Source: Blastocatellia bacterium (GTDB taxonomy: Bacteria > Acidobacteriota > Blastocatellia > RBC074). Taken from it: DNA of 53,614 bases. The translations under genes were made by a program, and so were the position numbers. The notes beneath the pieces are model-generated. The model ran no database searches. It was not told the origin of the DNA and saw only the letters and a list, made by a program, of their open reading frames with translations. The stretch is from NCBI GenBank assembly GCA_035280505.1, contig DATEFT010000166.1, forward strand, positions 1 through 53,614, written 5' to 3'. Shown piece by piece: positions 10,735 to 19,159 of this stretch. The stretch's first letter is position 1. Each line of letters starts with the position of its first letter.

Positions 10735-11191
10735 CGTTTTCCTTTCGAGATCGGCAGTCGTCGTCAGCGGCTTTCGCGGCGACAGGCGCGGATACCACCC
10801 CTTCCATATTTGCAGTATCCGCGCCCGGAGCACCACTCGCCGTGCTGGGGGCAACAACAAAGCGATCAAGATCAGCTCGAGCCGATCGTGAGAAAGGCCC
10901 GAACTGCGCCGGTAAAATGCGATGCGAAAGCAGAGGCGGAACCACGGTCCTCGGCGTCCCTCAAACGGGAACGCTGATCATGAACCTGGGTCCGACATAG
11001 CCTCTTACTCGCGAGTCATTTGATTCAGGGACGCCCTGCGGCGCCCCTTCGCCTAGTCCAACCTGGTGGAGACGGAAGATGGTTACTGAAAACGAATGTG
11101 GGATGCTGAATGGGCAATGCGGAGTGGCGGTCAGGTCTGATCCGCGGACCGCCGAGCTGGGCCTTCCGATGCGCGCTTCACAAAAATCGAG

Positions 11192-11470
11192 CTATTTCCG
11201 GTGCAATCCGATGCGCCTGGACGCCAAGGCTTCCCGCAGGTGATTGGGGCACGAGAGATTGAGCACCGTGTTGCTCAGGAGGACCATCGACTCCTCGTGT
11301 TCACGAAGAAACGAGCCGGTCAGCGGGTGGTCCTGGGTCTTGACGATCACGCCGTCCCGGACCCATTGCCAGAACTGAGACTGCGTCGTCCAGAACTGTT
11401 TCTCGTCCCTGCAAATAATCAACGCCGTTCGTTTCTTCTTCTTCTTCTCTTTCTCTTTCTTGTTATTCAA
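11192..11470 (-). CDS. Small hypothetical protein (92 aa) with a lysine-rich N-terminus
   Basis: TTG start with GGAGAT 6 nt upstream. Sequence begins MNNKKEKEKKKKKRTALIICRDEKQFWTTQSQFWQWVRDG... No family recognised. Confidence 0.5.
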   Translation of the reverse strand: MNNKKEKEKKKKKRTALIICRDEKQFWTTQSQFWQWVRDGVIVKTQDHPLTGSFLREHEESMVLLSNTVLNLSCPNHLREALASRRIGLHRK

Positions 11471-12024
11471 TCGCGTATCTCCAGGAACAATCGAACAGAT
11501 CTAGAGCGCTGCCCGCCATGCTCGCTCCGGCGGTTGAAGGCGAGGGCACGCGCTACCACAAGGGAAGCCTCTAACGCGAGGCGGCGTCGAATTGGGTCTT
11601 GATCGGGGCACACTGAGTTCGCTGTTGGTCAGGGTACACTGCTACGGGTAGAGATTGGCAAACGTTTCATCCGGACCTCTTGATGGATAATGTTGCTCTC
11701 TCCGAATCAGAGCCCTCTTCACCTGAGCCCGCACAATACAGCGCTGCGGGTGAAAGTGACTTTGCCGGTCGTCAAGTAGATGTAAGCTCTTACTGACTCT
11801 TGATGGTGGTCAGTTCTGATTAGTGCAGTGGGACGGTAGATAGACGCCGCTCGATTCAGATCGTTGTCACAATGGTGAGGTGTTCTACGATCCGAACCGG
11901 AACGAAGTCGCTGCTGTGAGTTTGAGACTCTTTCAAATCGAGTCACGAATCCGGCCGCTGCTGGGCACGCGAAATACACCAGGTTCGTAGATCAGGCAGA
12001 CATCGTCATAACCCTTGAGGATTT

Positions 12025-12183
12025 GGAGTAAGGACGCATTCCGTAACTGATTCAGTAGGCATCGGTAAACTGAACCAGCTACGGATGCGTCCTCTCGACT
12101 AACCAGCGATCTCCCCAAATCACTGGCGTCTTAACCACACTGTTGCAATCTTACTGGGCCCGCTTGAGGAATCCTTGAGGACG
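12025..12183 (-). repeat. Copy 1 of a ~159-nt structured repeat
   Basis: Roughly 85-90% identical by eye to 12411-12569. It has a long imperfect hairpin (GGACGCATTCCGTAACTG...CAGCTACGGATGCGTCC), a second hairpin (CCAGCGAT-CTCCCCAA-ATCACTGG), then TTAACCACACTG and CTTGAGGAATCCTTGAGG. Confidence 0.8.
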
Positions 12184-12398
12184 TTGGCGCGCAACCAGGA
12201 CCTAACGTTTGAACATTGCATCGAAGACTTCGAGCGTTGAAAGCGTACTCGCTCCGAATCTTCGTTCTCTGGCGCCACGGTCTCAATCGATACGATCTGA
12301 AGCAGGCAATCTCTCTCAGGCGAGCGGCTCTGGGCCGTCAACGGGGTCTCGCCCTGCTCACTCTCGATCTTGGCCGTTTGAATCGACTCTTCAAACAT
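12120..12398 (-). CDS. Possible 92-aa ORF downstream of repeat copy 2, doubtful
   Basis: AAGGAGAT sits 4 nt before the ATG at 12398. The acidic N-terminus reads MFEESIQTAKIESEQGETPL. The C-terminal third is encoded by repeat copy 1, so the reading frame may be fortuitous. Confidence 0.3.
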   Translation of the reverse strand: MFEESIQTAKIESEQGETPLTAQSRSPERDCLLQIVSIETVAPENEDSERVRFQRSKSSMQCSNVRSWLRANVLKDSSSGPSKIATVWLRRQ

Positions 12399-12410
12399 CG
12401 TGATCTCCTT

Positions 12411-12569
12411 GGGGTAAGGACGCCATCCGTAACTGGTCAGTAGGCATCGGGAAACTGATTCAGTTACGGATGCGCCCTCTCGACTAACCAGCGATCTCCC
12501 CAAATCGCTGGCGTCTTAACCACACTGGCGCAATCTTACGGACGAGGCTTGAGGAATTCTTGAGAACTG
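12411..12569 (-). repeat. Copy 2 of the ~159-nt structured repeat, abutting a strong SD and ATG on the minus strand
   Basis: Same architecture as copy 1. On the minus strand it ends ...GGCGTCCTTACCCCAAGGAGATCACGATG. The loop of the upstream hairpin (TTGGGGAGATC) is complementary to CCCCAA next to the SD and repeats GGAGATC. Confidence 0.8.
12549..12564. repeat. TTGAGGAATTCTTGAG motif (left copy of an inverted pair)
   Basis: Exact reverse complement of 12950-12965. A related direct copy, CTTGAGGAATCCTTGAGG, is at 12163-12180. Confidence 0.7.
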
Positions 12570-12661
12570 TCTGAGAATCGAAAAACAGTCTAGAAAAGTC
12601 GAAAATTCCGAGACGCGTGCTGCCAATTAAGGACTTATCGTCCTCTCTCTCTCATGTTATT

Positions 12662-12705
12662 TCCATGTTCGATCCATCTTCGATCCATGTTCGGTCCATG
12701 TTCTT
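12662..12705. repeat. Tandem 11-nt repeat, 4 units
   Basis: Units read TCCATGTTCGA, TCCATCTTCGA, TCCATGTTCGG, TCCATGTTCTT. Confidence 0.85.
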
Positions 12706-12949
12706 TCCGAATCCGGCCCCGTGCGCCCGGCCAGCCCCTGCCCCGCCCACCGGCCGGCTACTGGGCCGGTGGGAACCGCGGACCCGGTCGGATCATCGAG
12801 CCGGCTCCGGGGGCCGGATCGAAGGCGACCGGGAATTCGCCGGTCGGCGGCCGCGCCCGAGGGCCTGAAACGACCGGACTTTTTATTCAATCTTTTTATT
12901 CCCGCGCGCTCCATCCTATTGATCCTGAACCAGTAGATGGCCGGACGGG

Positions 12950-12965
12950 CTCAAGAATTCCTCAA
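12950..12965. repeat. CTCAAGAATTCCTCAA motif (right copy of the inverted pair)
   Basis: Reverse complement of 12549-12564. The pair brackets 385 nt of non-coding DNA. Confidence 0.7.
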
Positions 12966-13288
12966 TAGCCGCTAGTATCCTTGAGCCTCACGGCTTGGGA
13001 GGTTAAGGCGTGGAAGACGATGCTGGGTCTCCGGATTCGATACTTCATCTGATTCTTGCCGATAACTTGATTGACAACTGAGATCGAAAGTTGATGGCAG
13101 GACACATACCGGGAGGACAGTCCGCCAGTGCGGCCCGGGTAGCCACAGCGCCACCGGGCGGCGGTTGACTTTAAAGGTTTAGGTGGAGCTCAGTGAATTG
13201 GAGGCAGAGTTCTCACCGTCTCAGTGGTCGTGGATCGCAATTGATCGGTAACCGACTCCCGAGCCGTGAACCGAGATCAAAAGAACTA

Positions 13289-13303
13289 TTGACATTTTGT
13301 CAA
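13289..13303. promoter_or_regulatory. Perfect 6-3-6 palindrome TTGACATTTTGTCAA upstream of the PilZ gene (operator or -35 candidate)
   Basis: Read directly from the sequence, about 160 nt upstream of the PilZ ATG. Confidence 0.3.
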
Positions 13304-13462
13304 TGCTCCCTTCACCAAGCCACCGGAGGAAACAGATTGCGCCTCGCTCACAATACTCGGCATGTAATGACCAGTTGATGCTGAAGGATCAGCATAGGGC
13401 CAAGCGGAATCTACGAAGCGCAGTAACTTTCGGAAGACCCCCCTAAGCTGAGGAGTTGTGAG

Positions 13463-13825
13463 ATGAACATCGAGTCTAGTTTAGCCGAAGGTTTTTGGGC
13501 GACCAACCCCGCGCTGGAACGCCGGAGCAAGCAGCGGATCAAGAATCCGTTCCCGGCCCTGGTGCGTGGCCTGACCGCCGGTGGCAAGCAATTCGAACTA
13601 CGCACGGTTCTTGACAACCTCAGCGCGGGTGGGCTTTACTTGCGATTGCCTGAGCGAATCGAAACTGGCCATCGGCTATCGATCATGATTCAGTTATCGA
13701 ACGGCCTGACCGGTGGGAGGCCGGGGCTGCGGGTGTTGGTGCATGGTGAAGTGCTGCGAGTTGAACCGCAGCCGGGTGGGATTTACGGCCTGGCTGTGGC
13801 GTTCAAGCGCCATCGAATGTTTTGA
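13463..13825 (+). CDS. PilZ domain protein (c-di-GMP receptor type)
   Basis: 120 aa with RxxxR (RRSKQR) and D/NxSxxG (DNLSAGG) motifs at the expected spacing. GAGGAG lies 7 nt before the ATG. Confidence 0.85.
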   Translation: MNIESSLAEGFWATNPALERRSKQRIKNPFPALVRGLTAGGKQFELRTVLDNLSAGGLYLRLPERIETGHRLSIMIQLSNGLTGGRPGLRVLVHGEVLRVEPQPGGIYGLAVAFKRHRMF

Positions 13826-14297
13826 TCATCAGAGTTCGGCGGAGATCCGGGGGCTGCAATCGAAACCAGACCGCGGATCGGAACGAGCGGAATCACTGCG
13901 GGAGAAGAACGCTCCGCCGCCAATGCATACCAATTAACCAGAGCGTGGAATGGATCCGTTGCATGCAGTCGGCGGCGGCGAGAGGTCTCAGCCAATCCGC
14001 ACCAGACTGAAGGACGGGGGGAGGCGAGTTTCCGTTTATTTTACGCGCGATATCAACTTTTTCCTTATTTTCAGACCAGACCGGATCGATTAGAATATGG
14101 GTGTTACCAACACCCAAATTTACAACACCGATCTGCAGTTTCGTGGCCAGGCTATAAATCGGCAGCGCCAAGCATGGCAGTGTTGTGCACGATTGATGAT
14201 TGAAGTTCGGGCCGTCAGCCTCAGGCAGAAGTAAGGCCGCTGAAAGTTCGAGAGAATCGCACACCACACCACGAAGCGGCCGTCGAGGCACAAGTGG

Positions 14298-17200
14298 ATG
14301 ATCAACAGGCCATCATATCCAGAGGAACCGCAATCCGCGCCGCTGCCATCGTCAAATGATTCACCGATGGTCCAGCAAACACACTTCCTGGGCGCCAAAT
14401 TGATGCCGCCGCGCGTGACGCCGACTCTCTTGCCGCGCCAGCGGCTGGTCGACCGCTTGGTCGCCAACCTGGTGCGCTCGGTGACGCTGGTCGCCGCCAA
14501 TGCCGGATCCGGCAAGACCACCCTGATCGCCGATTTCCTGAGGTCCCACACGCGGCCCTTCGTCTGGTACCAGTTGGACCAGACGGATGCCTACCCTTCG
14601 GTCTTTCTCGGCTACATTACGCATGGCATTCGGCGCTTTCATCCGGACTTCGGTCGCGCCACGCTCGCCTATCTGAAACAGTCGGCGGCGGAGATCGATC
14701 AGCACCCGGAGCGGGCGGTCGATGTCTTTCTGAACGAAGTGCTCGATACCATCGAGCAGCAACTGATCGTGGTGCTCGACGACTATCATCAGCTCGGCAT
14801 CACGGGATCGGTCCATGCCGCCGTCGACCGGCTGCTGGCCTACCTGCCGGACGTCATCCACACCATCATCATCTCCCGCGACATGCCGCCGTTGCAGTTG
14901 GCGCGGCTGCGGTCCCAGGGCTCGCTCGCGATCATCGATCGCGACGATCTGCGGTTCACCCCGGAGGAGACCCAGGCGCTGTTCCGCAACGTCTTCGACA
15001 TGGAGCTGGTCCCGGAACAGCTCGCCGAATATACCGAGCGGACCCAGGGCTGGATCACCGGACTGCAACTGGTCCAGCGGGTGCTGCAGCGATCGGCCGC
15101 CGCCGTCCCCGGCGGGAAACGGCGAGCCGCCGTCAGAGCCGCCCCGGACCTGGCTGAAATTCTGCGGCAATCGGAACGCGAGATCTTCGAATATTTCGCT
15201 GAAGAGGTCTTCGGCGACGAATCGGATCCGGTTCGCAACCTGTTGCTGCGGCTCTCGCTGCTGGAACGGATCGATTCGGACCTCTGCGGCAGCCTCTTTC
15301 CCGAAGCCTACGGGCGGGCGATCCTGCCGTCCCTGGTCCGCCGCAACATCTTCATCACCTCGGCCAGCGACGGGCATGGCGAGGTCCATCGCCTGCATCC
15401 CCTCTTCCGGAATTTTTTGAAGAGCCGGTTCTACTCCGAGGTCGGCAAGGCCGGCGTGGCCGCCGAACACGTGCGGATGGCCGACTACTATCTGACCCGC
15501 GGAAACTGGGAGCGGGCCATCCATCATCTGATCGAAGCGGAAGAGTTCGAACGGGCCGCGCGAGTGATCGCCGAGAAGGGCGAGGCCTGGATCGCGTCCG
15601 GCGCGCTGGCCCTGCTGGTCTCGGCCGCCGACGCCGTCCCGCCCGAGATTCTGGAACGACACCCGCGCGCCCTGATCTATCGCGCCGAGGTCGCCCTGCG
15701 GCGCGGCGAACAGGATCTGGCCCAGACCTGGCTGCGCCGGGCGGCAGCCCTGCTCCATCAACAACACGACCCTGAAGGCGAGGGGGACGCGCTCCATTCG
15801 CTGGCGGCCATTGCCCGGCGCCGGAGCGACCTGACCGCCGCCTTCGAGCATCTGGGGCGGGCCATCGACCTGGTCGACGAGCGTTCCGCCGTCCGCGCCA
15901 AATGTGCCAATACCAGAGGACTCTGTTTCGCCTGGCTCGACCAATTCACCGATGCGGAGCAGGAGTTCCGGATGGCGCTGCAGTTGGCGGAAGAGCATGG
16001 CGACGTTCATCTGGTCCGAATGGTGATCCACAATCTCGGGGTGCCGCCGCTCTTGCGGGGAGACTTCAGCGAGGCCCTGCGCTGGTTACGCCAGTATCTG
16101 CGCGACGACCAGCAGGCGCATCTGCCGCAGGAGGCGATCGCGCATCTCAACCTGGCGCGTTGCTACCTCTATCGCGGCGAGATGGAGCAGTCCGAGCGCC
16201 ACCTGGATCGGGCGCTGGACTGTTGCCAGACCTTCAATCTCATTCCGGTTCGCGCCGAGACCTTCGAGACTTACGGCGATTGGTACCGCGAGCAGGGCGA
16301 CGTGGCGCGGGCCACGGAGTTCTACGATCGCGCGGAACGGGACTACGAAGGGGCCGTCCAGGACCTCGCCCGACGCGAACTCAACGAATCGCGGGCGATG
16401 CTCAAACTGAACCTCGGCGATCTGGCGGCGGCCCTCAATCTGCAGAACCAGTTGATCAACGCGCGCCAGGCGCTGCAGGATGAGAAGGGGACCCAGACGG
16501 CGACTCTGGCCAGAGGCCGGATCCTGATCGCCCAGGGCCAATACGAGACGGCGCGGATCGGGCTGGAACCGGCCCTGCTCTATTTCCGCCAACACGGGCT
16601 CTACTATTACGAGGCCCAGGCCTGCCTGGAGCTCGCCGCCTGCGAATCGGCGGCCGGCCGGGAAGACCAGGTCCTGGAACGGCTGCGCCGGATGCTGGAA
16701 TTGACCAAGCGCTACGATTACGACTACTGGTTGAGAAGAGAGGTGACCGCGCACCCGCAACTGTTCGCGCTGCCGGAGGCCGCGGAGCTCCTGCCGCCGG
16801 ACCTCCGCGAACAACTGGCGAGCCCCGCCTCGCTGCTGCTCCTGACCCGGTCGCGCGCGGCATCGTCGGTGCCCAAACCGCATGCCGACCTGACCATCAA
16901 TATGCTGGGGCCAGTCGAGATCTATCGGGATCCGCTGCGCCCGTTCGCGGCCGACGCCTGGACGACCAAACGCGCCCGCGACATTCTATGTTTCATCGCT
17001 TCCCGGCGGCATCGCCGGGCCTCCAAGGACACCATCATCGAGGTCTTCTGGGGCGAAGCCGAATTCGAGAGCGTCGCCAAGAACTTTCACCCGACGGTCT
17101 CGCATATCCGCAAGGCGCTCAACAGTAATCAACCGCTCAAGCAGAACTTTCTGCTCTATCGCGACGGAGATTACCAGCTCAACGCCGACTACTCCTACGC

Positions 17201-17645
17201 GATCGATACGGTCGAGTTCGAGCGGTTCGTGACGGAGGGCGAGGCGGCCCGCCGCGCCAGCCAGCACGAACGGTTCATCGCCTGCTACGAGGCGGCGGTC
17301 CAGCTCTATCGCGGAGAGTTCATGCAGGGTTGTTACGACGAATGGGTCGAGGAGCAGCGTTCTTACTATCGCGAGCAATACCTGCACATGCTGGAGGCGC
17401 TCGTGGTCGTGGCGCAGCGCGCCAAGGAGTGGCCGCGCTCGCTCCACCTCGCGCAACAGATCCTGAGAGACGATCCATTCCGCGAAGACATCCATTGCCT
17501 GATCATGCGCGCGCATGCCGCCCAGGGCAACCGGGTCGCGGTCAAAGAGCAGTACGAAGACCTGCGGCAACTACTAGGCAAGGAACTGGGCGTCGAACCG
17601 GCGGCCGAAACCCAAAAGATATTCAAACAGTTGCTCGCGCAGTGA
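14298..17645 (+). CDS. Large STAND-type regulator: MalT-like P-loop ATPase + TPR-like region + C-terminal SARP module (OmpR-type wHTH + BTAD)
   Basis: P-loop AANAGSGKTTLIADFL and Walker B LIVVLDDYH. The C-terminus reads LTINMLGPVEIYRD...TKRARDILCFIASRR...VSHIRKAL...YRGEFMQGCYDEWVEEQRSYYREQYL...REDIHCLIMRAHAAQGNRVAVKEQYEDLRQLLGKELGVEP. Confidence 0.9.
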   Translation: MINRPSYPEEPQSAPLPSSNDSPMVQQTHFLGAKLMPPRVTPTLLPRQRLVDRLVANLVRSVTLVAANAGSGKTTLIADFLRSHTRPFVWYQLDQTDAYPSVFLGYITHGIRRFHPDFGRATLAYLKQSAAEIDQHPERAVDVFLNEVLDTIEQQLIVVLDDYHQLGITGSVHAAVDRLLAYLPDVIHTIIISRDMPPLQLARLRSQGSLAIIDRDDLRFTPEETQALFRNVFDMELVPEQLAEYTERTQGWITGLQLVQRVLQRSAAAVPGGKRRAAVRAAPDLAEILRQSEREIFEYFAEEVFGDESDPVRNLLLRLSLLERIDSDLCGSLFPEAYGRAILPSLVRRNIFITSASDGHGEVHRLHPLFRNFLKSRFYSEVGKAGVAAEHVRMADYYLTRGNWERAIHHLIEAEEFERAARVIAEKGEAWIASGALALLVSAADAVPPEILERHPRALIYRAEVALRRGEQDLAQTWLRRAAALLHQQHDPEGEGDALHSLAAIARRRSDLTAAFEHLGRAIDLVDERSAVRAKCANTRGLCFAWLDQFTDAEQEFRMALQLAEEHGDVHLVRMVIHNLGVPPLLRGDFSEALRWLRQYLRDDQQAHLPQEAIAHLNLARCYLYRGEMEQSERHLDRALDCCQTFNLIPVRAETFETYGDWYREQGDVARATEFYDRAERDYEGAVQDLARRELNESRAMLKLNLGDLAAALNLQNQLINARQALQDEKGTQTATLARGRILIAQGQYETARIGLEPALLYFRQHGLYYYEAQACLELAACESAAGREDQVLERLRRMLELTKRYDYDYWLRREVTAHPQLFALPEAAELLPPDLREQLASPASLLLLTRSRAASSVPKPHADLTINMLGPVEIYRDPLRPFAADAWTTKRARDILCFIASRRHRRASKDTIIEVFWGEAEFESVAKNFHPTVSHIRKALNSNQPLKQNFLLYRDGDYQLNADYSYAIDTVEFERFVTEGEAARRASQHERFIACYEAAVQLYRGEFMQGCYDEWVEEQRSYYREQYLHMLEALVVVAQRAKEWPRSLHLAQQILRDDPFREDIHCLIMRAHAAQGNRVAVKEQYEDLRQLLGKELGVEPAAETQKIFKQLLAQ

Positions 17646-17897
17646 GCGACGAACCGGGCCGGATCCCGGTCGCAAGACCGAAGACCGGCCATCGAGCGAG
17701 ACGATCTATCAGAATGTGGCAAGTAATATCAAGATTATCGAACCGGCCTTCTCGACGATCGGAGCCGGCCCAAGCAAATATCTAAGGACTCAATCGATCT
17801 TTGACCGGCAATGAATTATTCCGCGGCATCTCAACAGGATGCCGTCTTTGGTGAGATGCTCGGCCATTGATCCGTACGCCAAGAATTAAACCGAGAT

Positions 17898-18536
17898 ATG
17901 GCTGAAACTGAATTAAATAGTCTTCCCAGTACTCAGCTTTTCCGGCTCTGCGCCACCCATTTTAGCGATAATACGTACTGGGAGGAGTTCGTCAGCCGGT
18001 ACAACCAGATACTGGTGCGCGGTGTCTATCACGGGTATCGACGCTTCGGCAGGCAGACCCCGCCTTCCAAGGAGGTGGTCGCGGACCTGTTGCAGGACGT
18101 TTACATCGAGGTCCTCAAGAACCAGTGCGCCAGCCTGCTCCGTTTCCGAGGCCAGACCGAGCTGGAAGCGCAAGCCTACCTCGTGCGTCTGGCCGCCAAC
18201 ATCACGTCCAATCATCTGCGCCGCACCGCGGCCTTAAAGCGACAAGCCATCAACGATCGTCTGGATGAACTCTTCCGCCTCGAAGAGGAGGTCAGCCGGA
18301 CGGCCGCGCCGGTGAGCGATTACACCGACTCCCTGGCCGACCGGGAGTTGATCGAATTGTTGCAGCGTAATCTCTCCGGAGAGAACTCGCGCCGGGATAT
18401 CATCCTCTATCTGCTCCATGTCAGAGAGGGGTTGACCATGTCGGAGCTGGCGGACTCCGGAATCTGTAGTCTCAAACCTTCCAGTATCGCGCAAATTATC
18501 CGACGAATTCGGACCGAGCTGAAGAAGATCTATTGA
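17898..18536 (+). CDS. ECF-type sigma-70 family sigma factor
   Basis: 212 aa with region 2 (DLLQDVYIEVLKN) and region 4 HTH (LTMSELAD....KPSSIAQIIRRIRTELKK). Clear paralog of 43031-43681. Confidence 0.85.
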   Translation: MAETELNSLPSTQLFRLCATHFSDNTYWEEFVSRYNQILVRGVYHGYRRFGRQTPPSKEVVADLLQDVYIEVLKNQCASLLRFRGQTELEAQAYLVRLAANITSNHLRRTAALKRQAINDRLDELFRLEEEVSRTAAPVSDYTDSLADRELIELLQRNLSGENSRRDIILYLLHVREGLTMSELADSGICSLKPSSIAQIIRRIRTELKKIY

Positions 18537-18542
18537 CGACCC

Positions 18543-18646
18543 GTTCCATTTTCCGTTCTCTCTTTTGACGATGGCCAGAACGGCCGGAGATATTTGAGGA
18601 CCTGATGACGACCAATCACCCACTATCGGAGAACGGAAAATGGAAC
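18543..18646 (+). repeat. 18-bp perfect inverted repeat (large hairpin) starting 7 nt after the sigma stop codon
   Basis: GTTCCATTTTCCGTTCTC (18543-18560) pairs with GAGAACGGAAAATGGAAC (18629-18646). The loop is 68 nt. Confidence 0.7.
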
Positions 18647-18650
18647 ACGA

Positions 18651-18697
18651 CCAGCATACATTTTCCCAGAATTTGCTACCATAGAATCATGAAGGGC
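18651..18697 (+). promoter_or_regulatory. Conserved ~45-nt block D (AGCATACATTTTCCCAGAATTTGCTACC...CATGAAGG), paralogous to 27781-27826
   Basis: About 85% identical by eye to the minus-strand block upstream of the 345-aa zf-HC2 gene. No intact gene follows it here. Confidence 0.5.
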
Positions 18698-19159
18698 GAC
18701 CTTGTTCAAAAGCCCCTTCTTGTTAGGTATTTGCCCCACCCCAACATCGGCAGAGGACTGACCGTGCCCAATGAAGGCCGGACCTCTTCGCGGGCGCGGT
18801 GCAGTTTCCGAAATAGCTGTCAATTAGAGAGACAAAAACAACCAGGTTTCATCCGTGTTGCAATCGACATGGTAACGAGTCATGCGAGTCGTAGGGCTCG
18901 TCGCCATTATTAAGCTGGTGAAGCAATGAGGCGGCTAGTAAGATCGTCGCCGCAGTTGCCGTCAAATAGGTCGTAGTTTAACCTCCTCGAGTTACACTGG
19001 GCTCATCGAGCTGCTTCAGCCTGACGGTAGACGGGCGATCGTCATTCCAAATACTAACCCACGCCGCCCAAGTGACCTTCCGTGTTATCCCGAGATCACG
19101 GCTGTCAACGGCTTCCTCATAATCTCATACACACACCAATTTTCACCTAGGGGGATTAT

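Noticed and set aside
12025-12569. The 159-nt repeats as tRNA genes, retron msr-msd, or group II intron domains
   Set aside because: A cloverleaf cannot be drawn, because there are no D and T arms and no GTTCGAATC-type T-loop. No reverse transcriptase is nearby. There is no domain V-like GAGCCGTAT...GAAA...ACGGTTC motif.
18605-18913. ORF 18605-18913(+) as the missing anti-sigma factor after the 17.9-kb ECF sigma
   Set aside because: It has no H-x3-C-x2-C motif, no TM helix and an implausible composition. Only the non-coding block at its 5' end is conserved with the paralogous locus, so it is more likely a remnant region than a gene.
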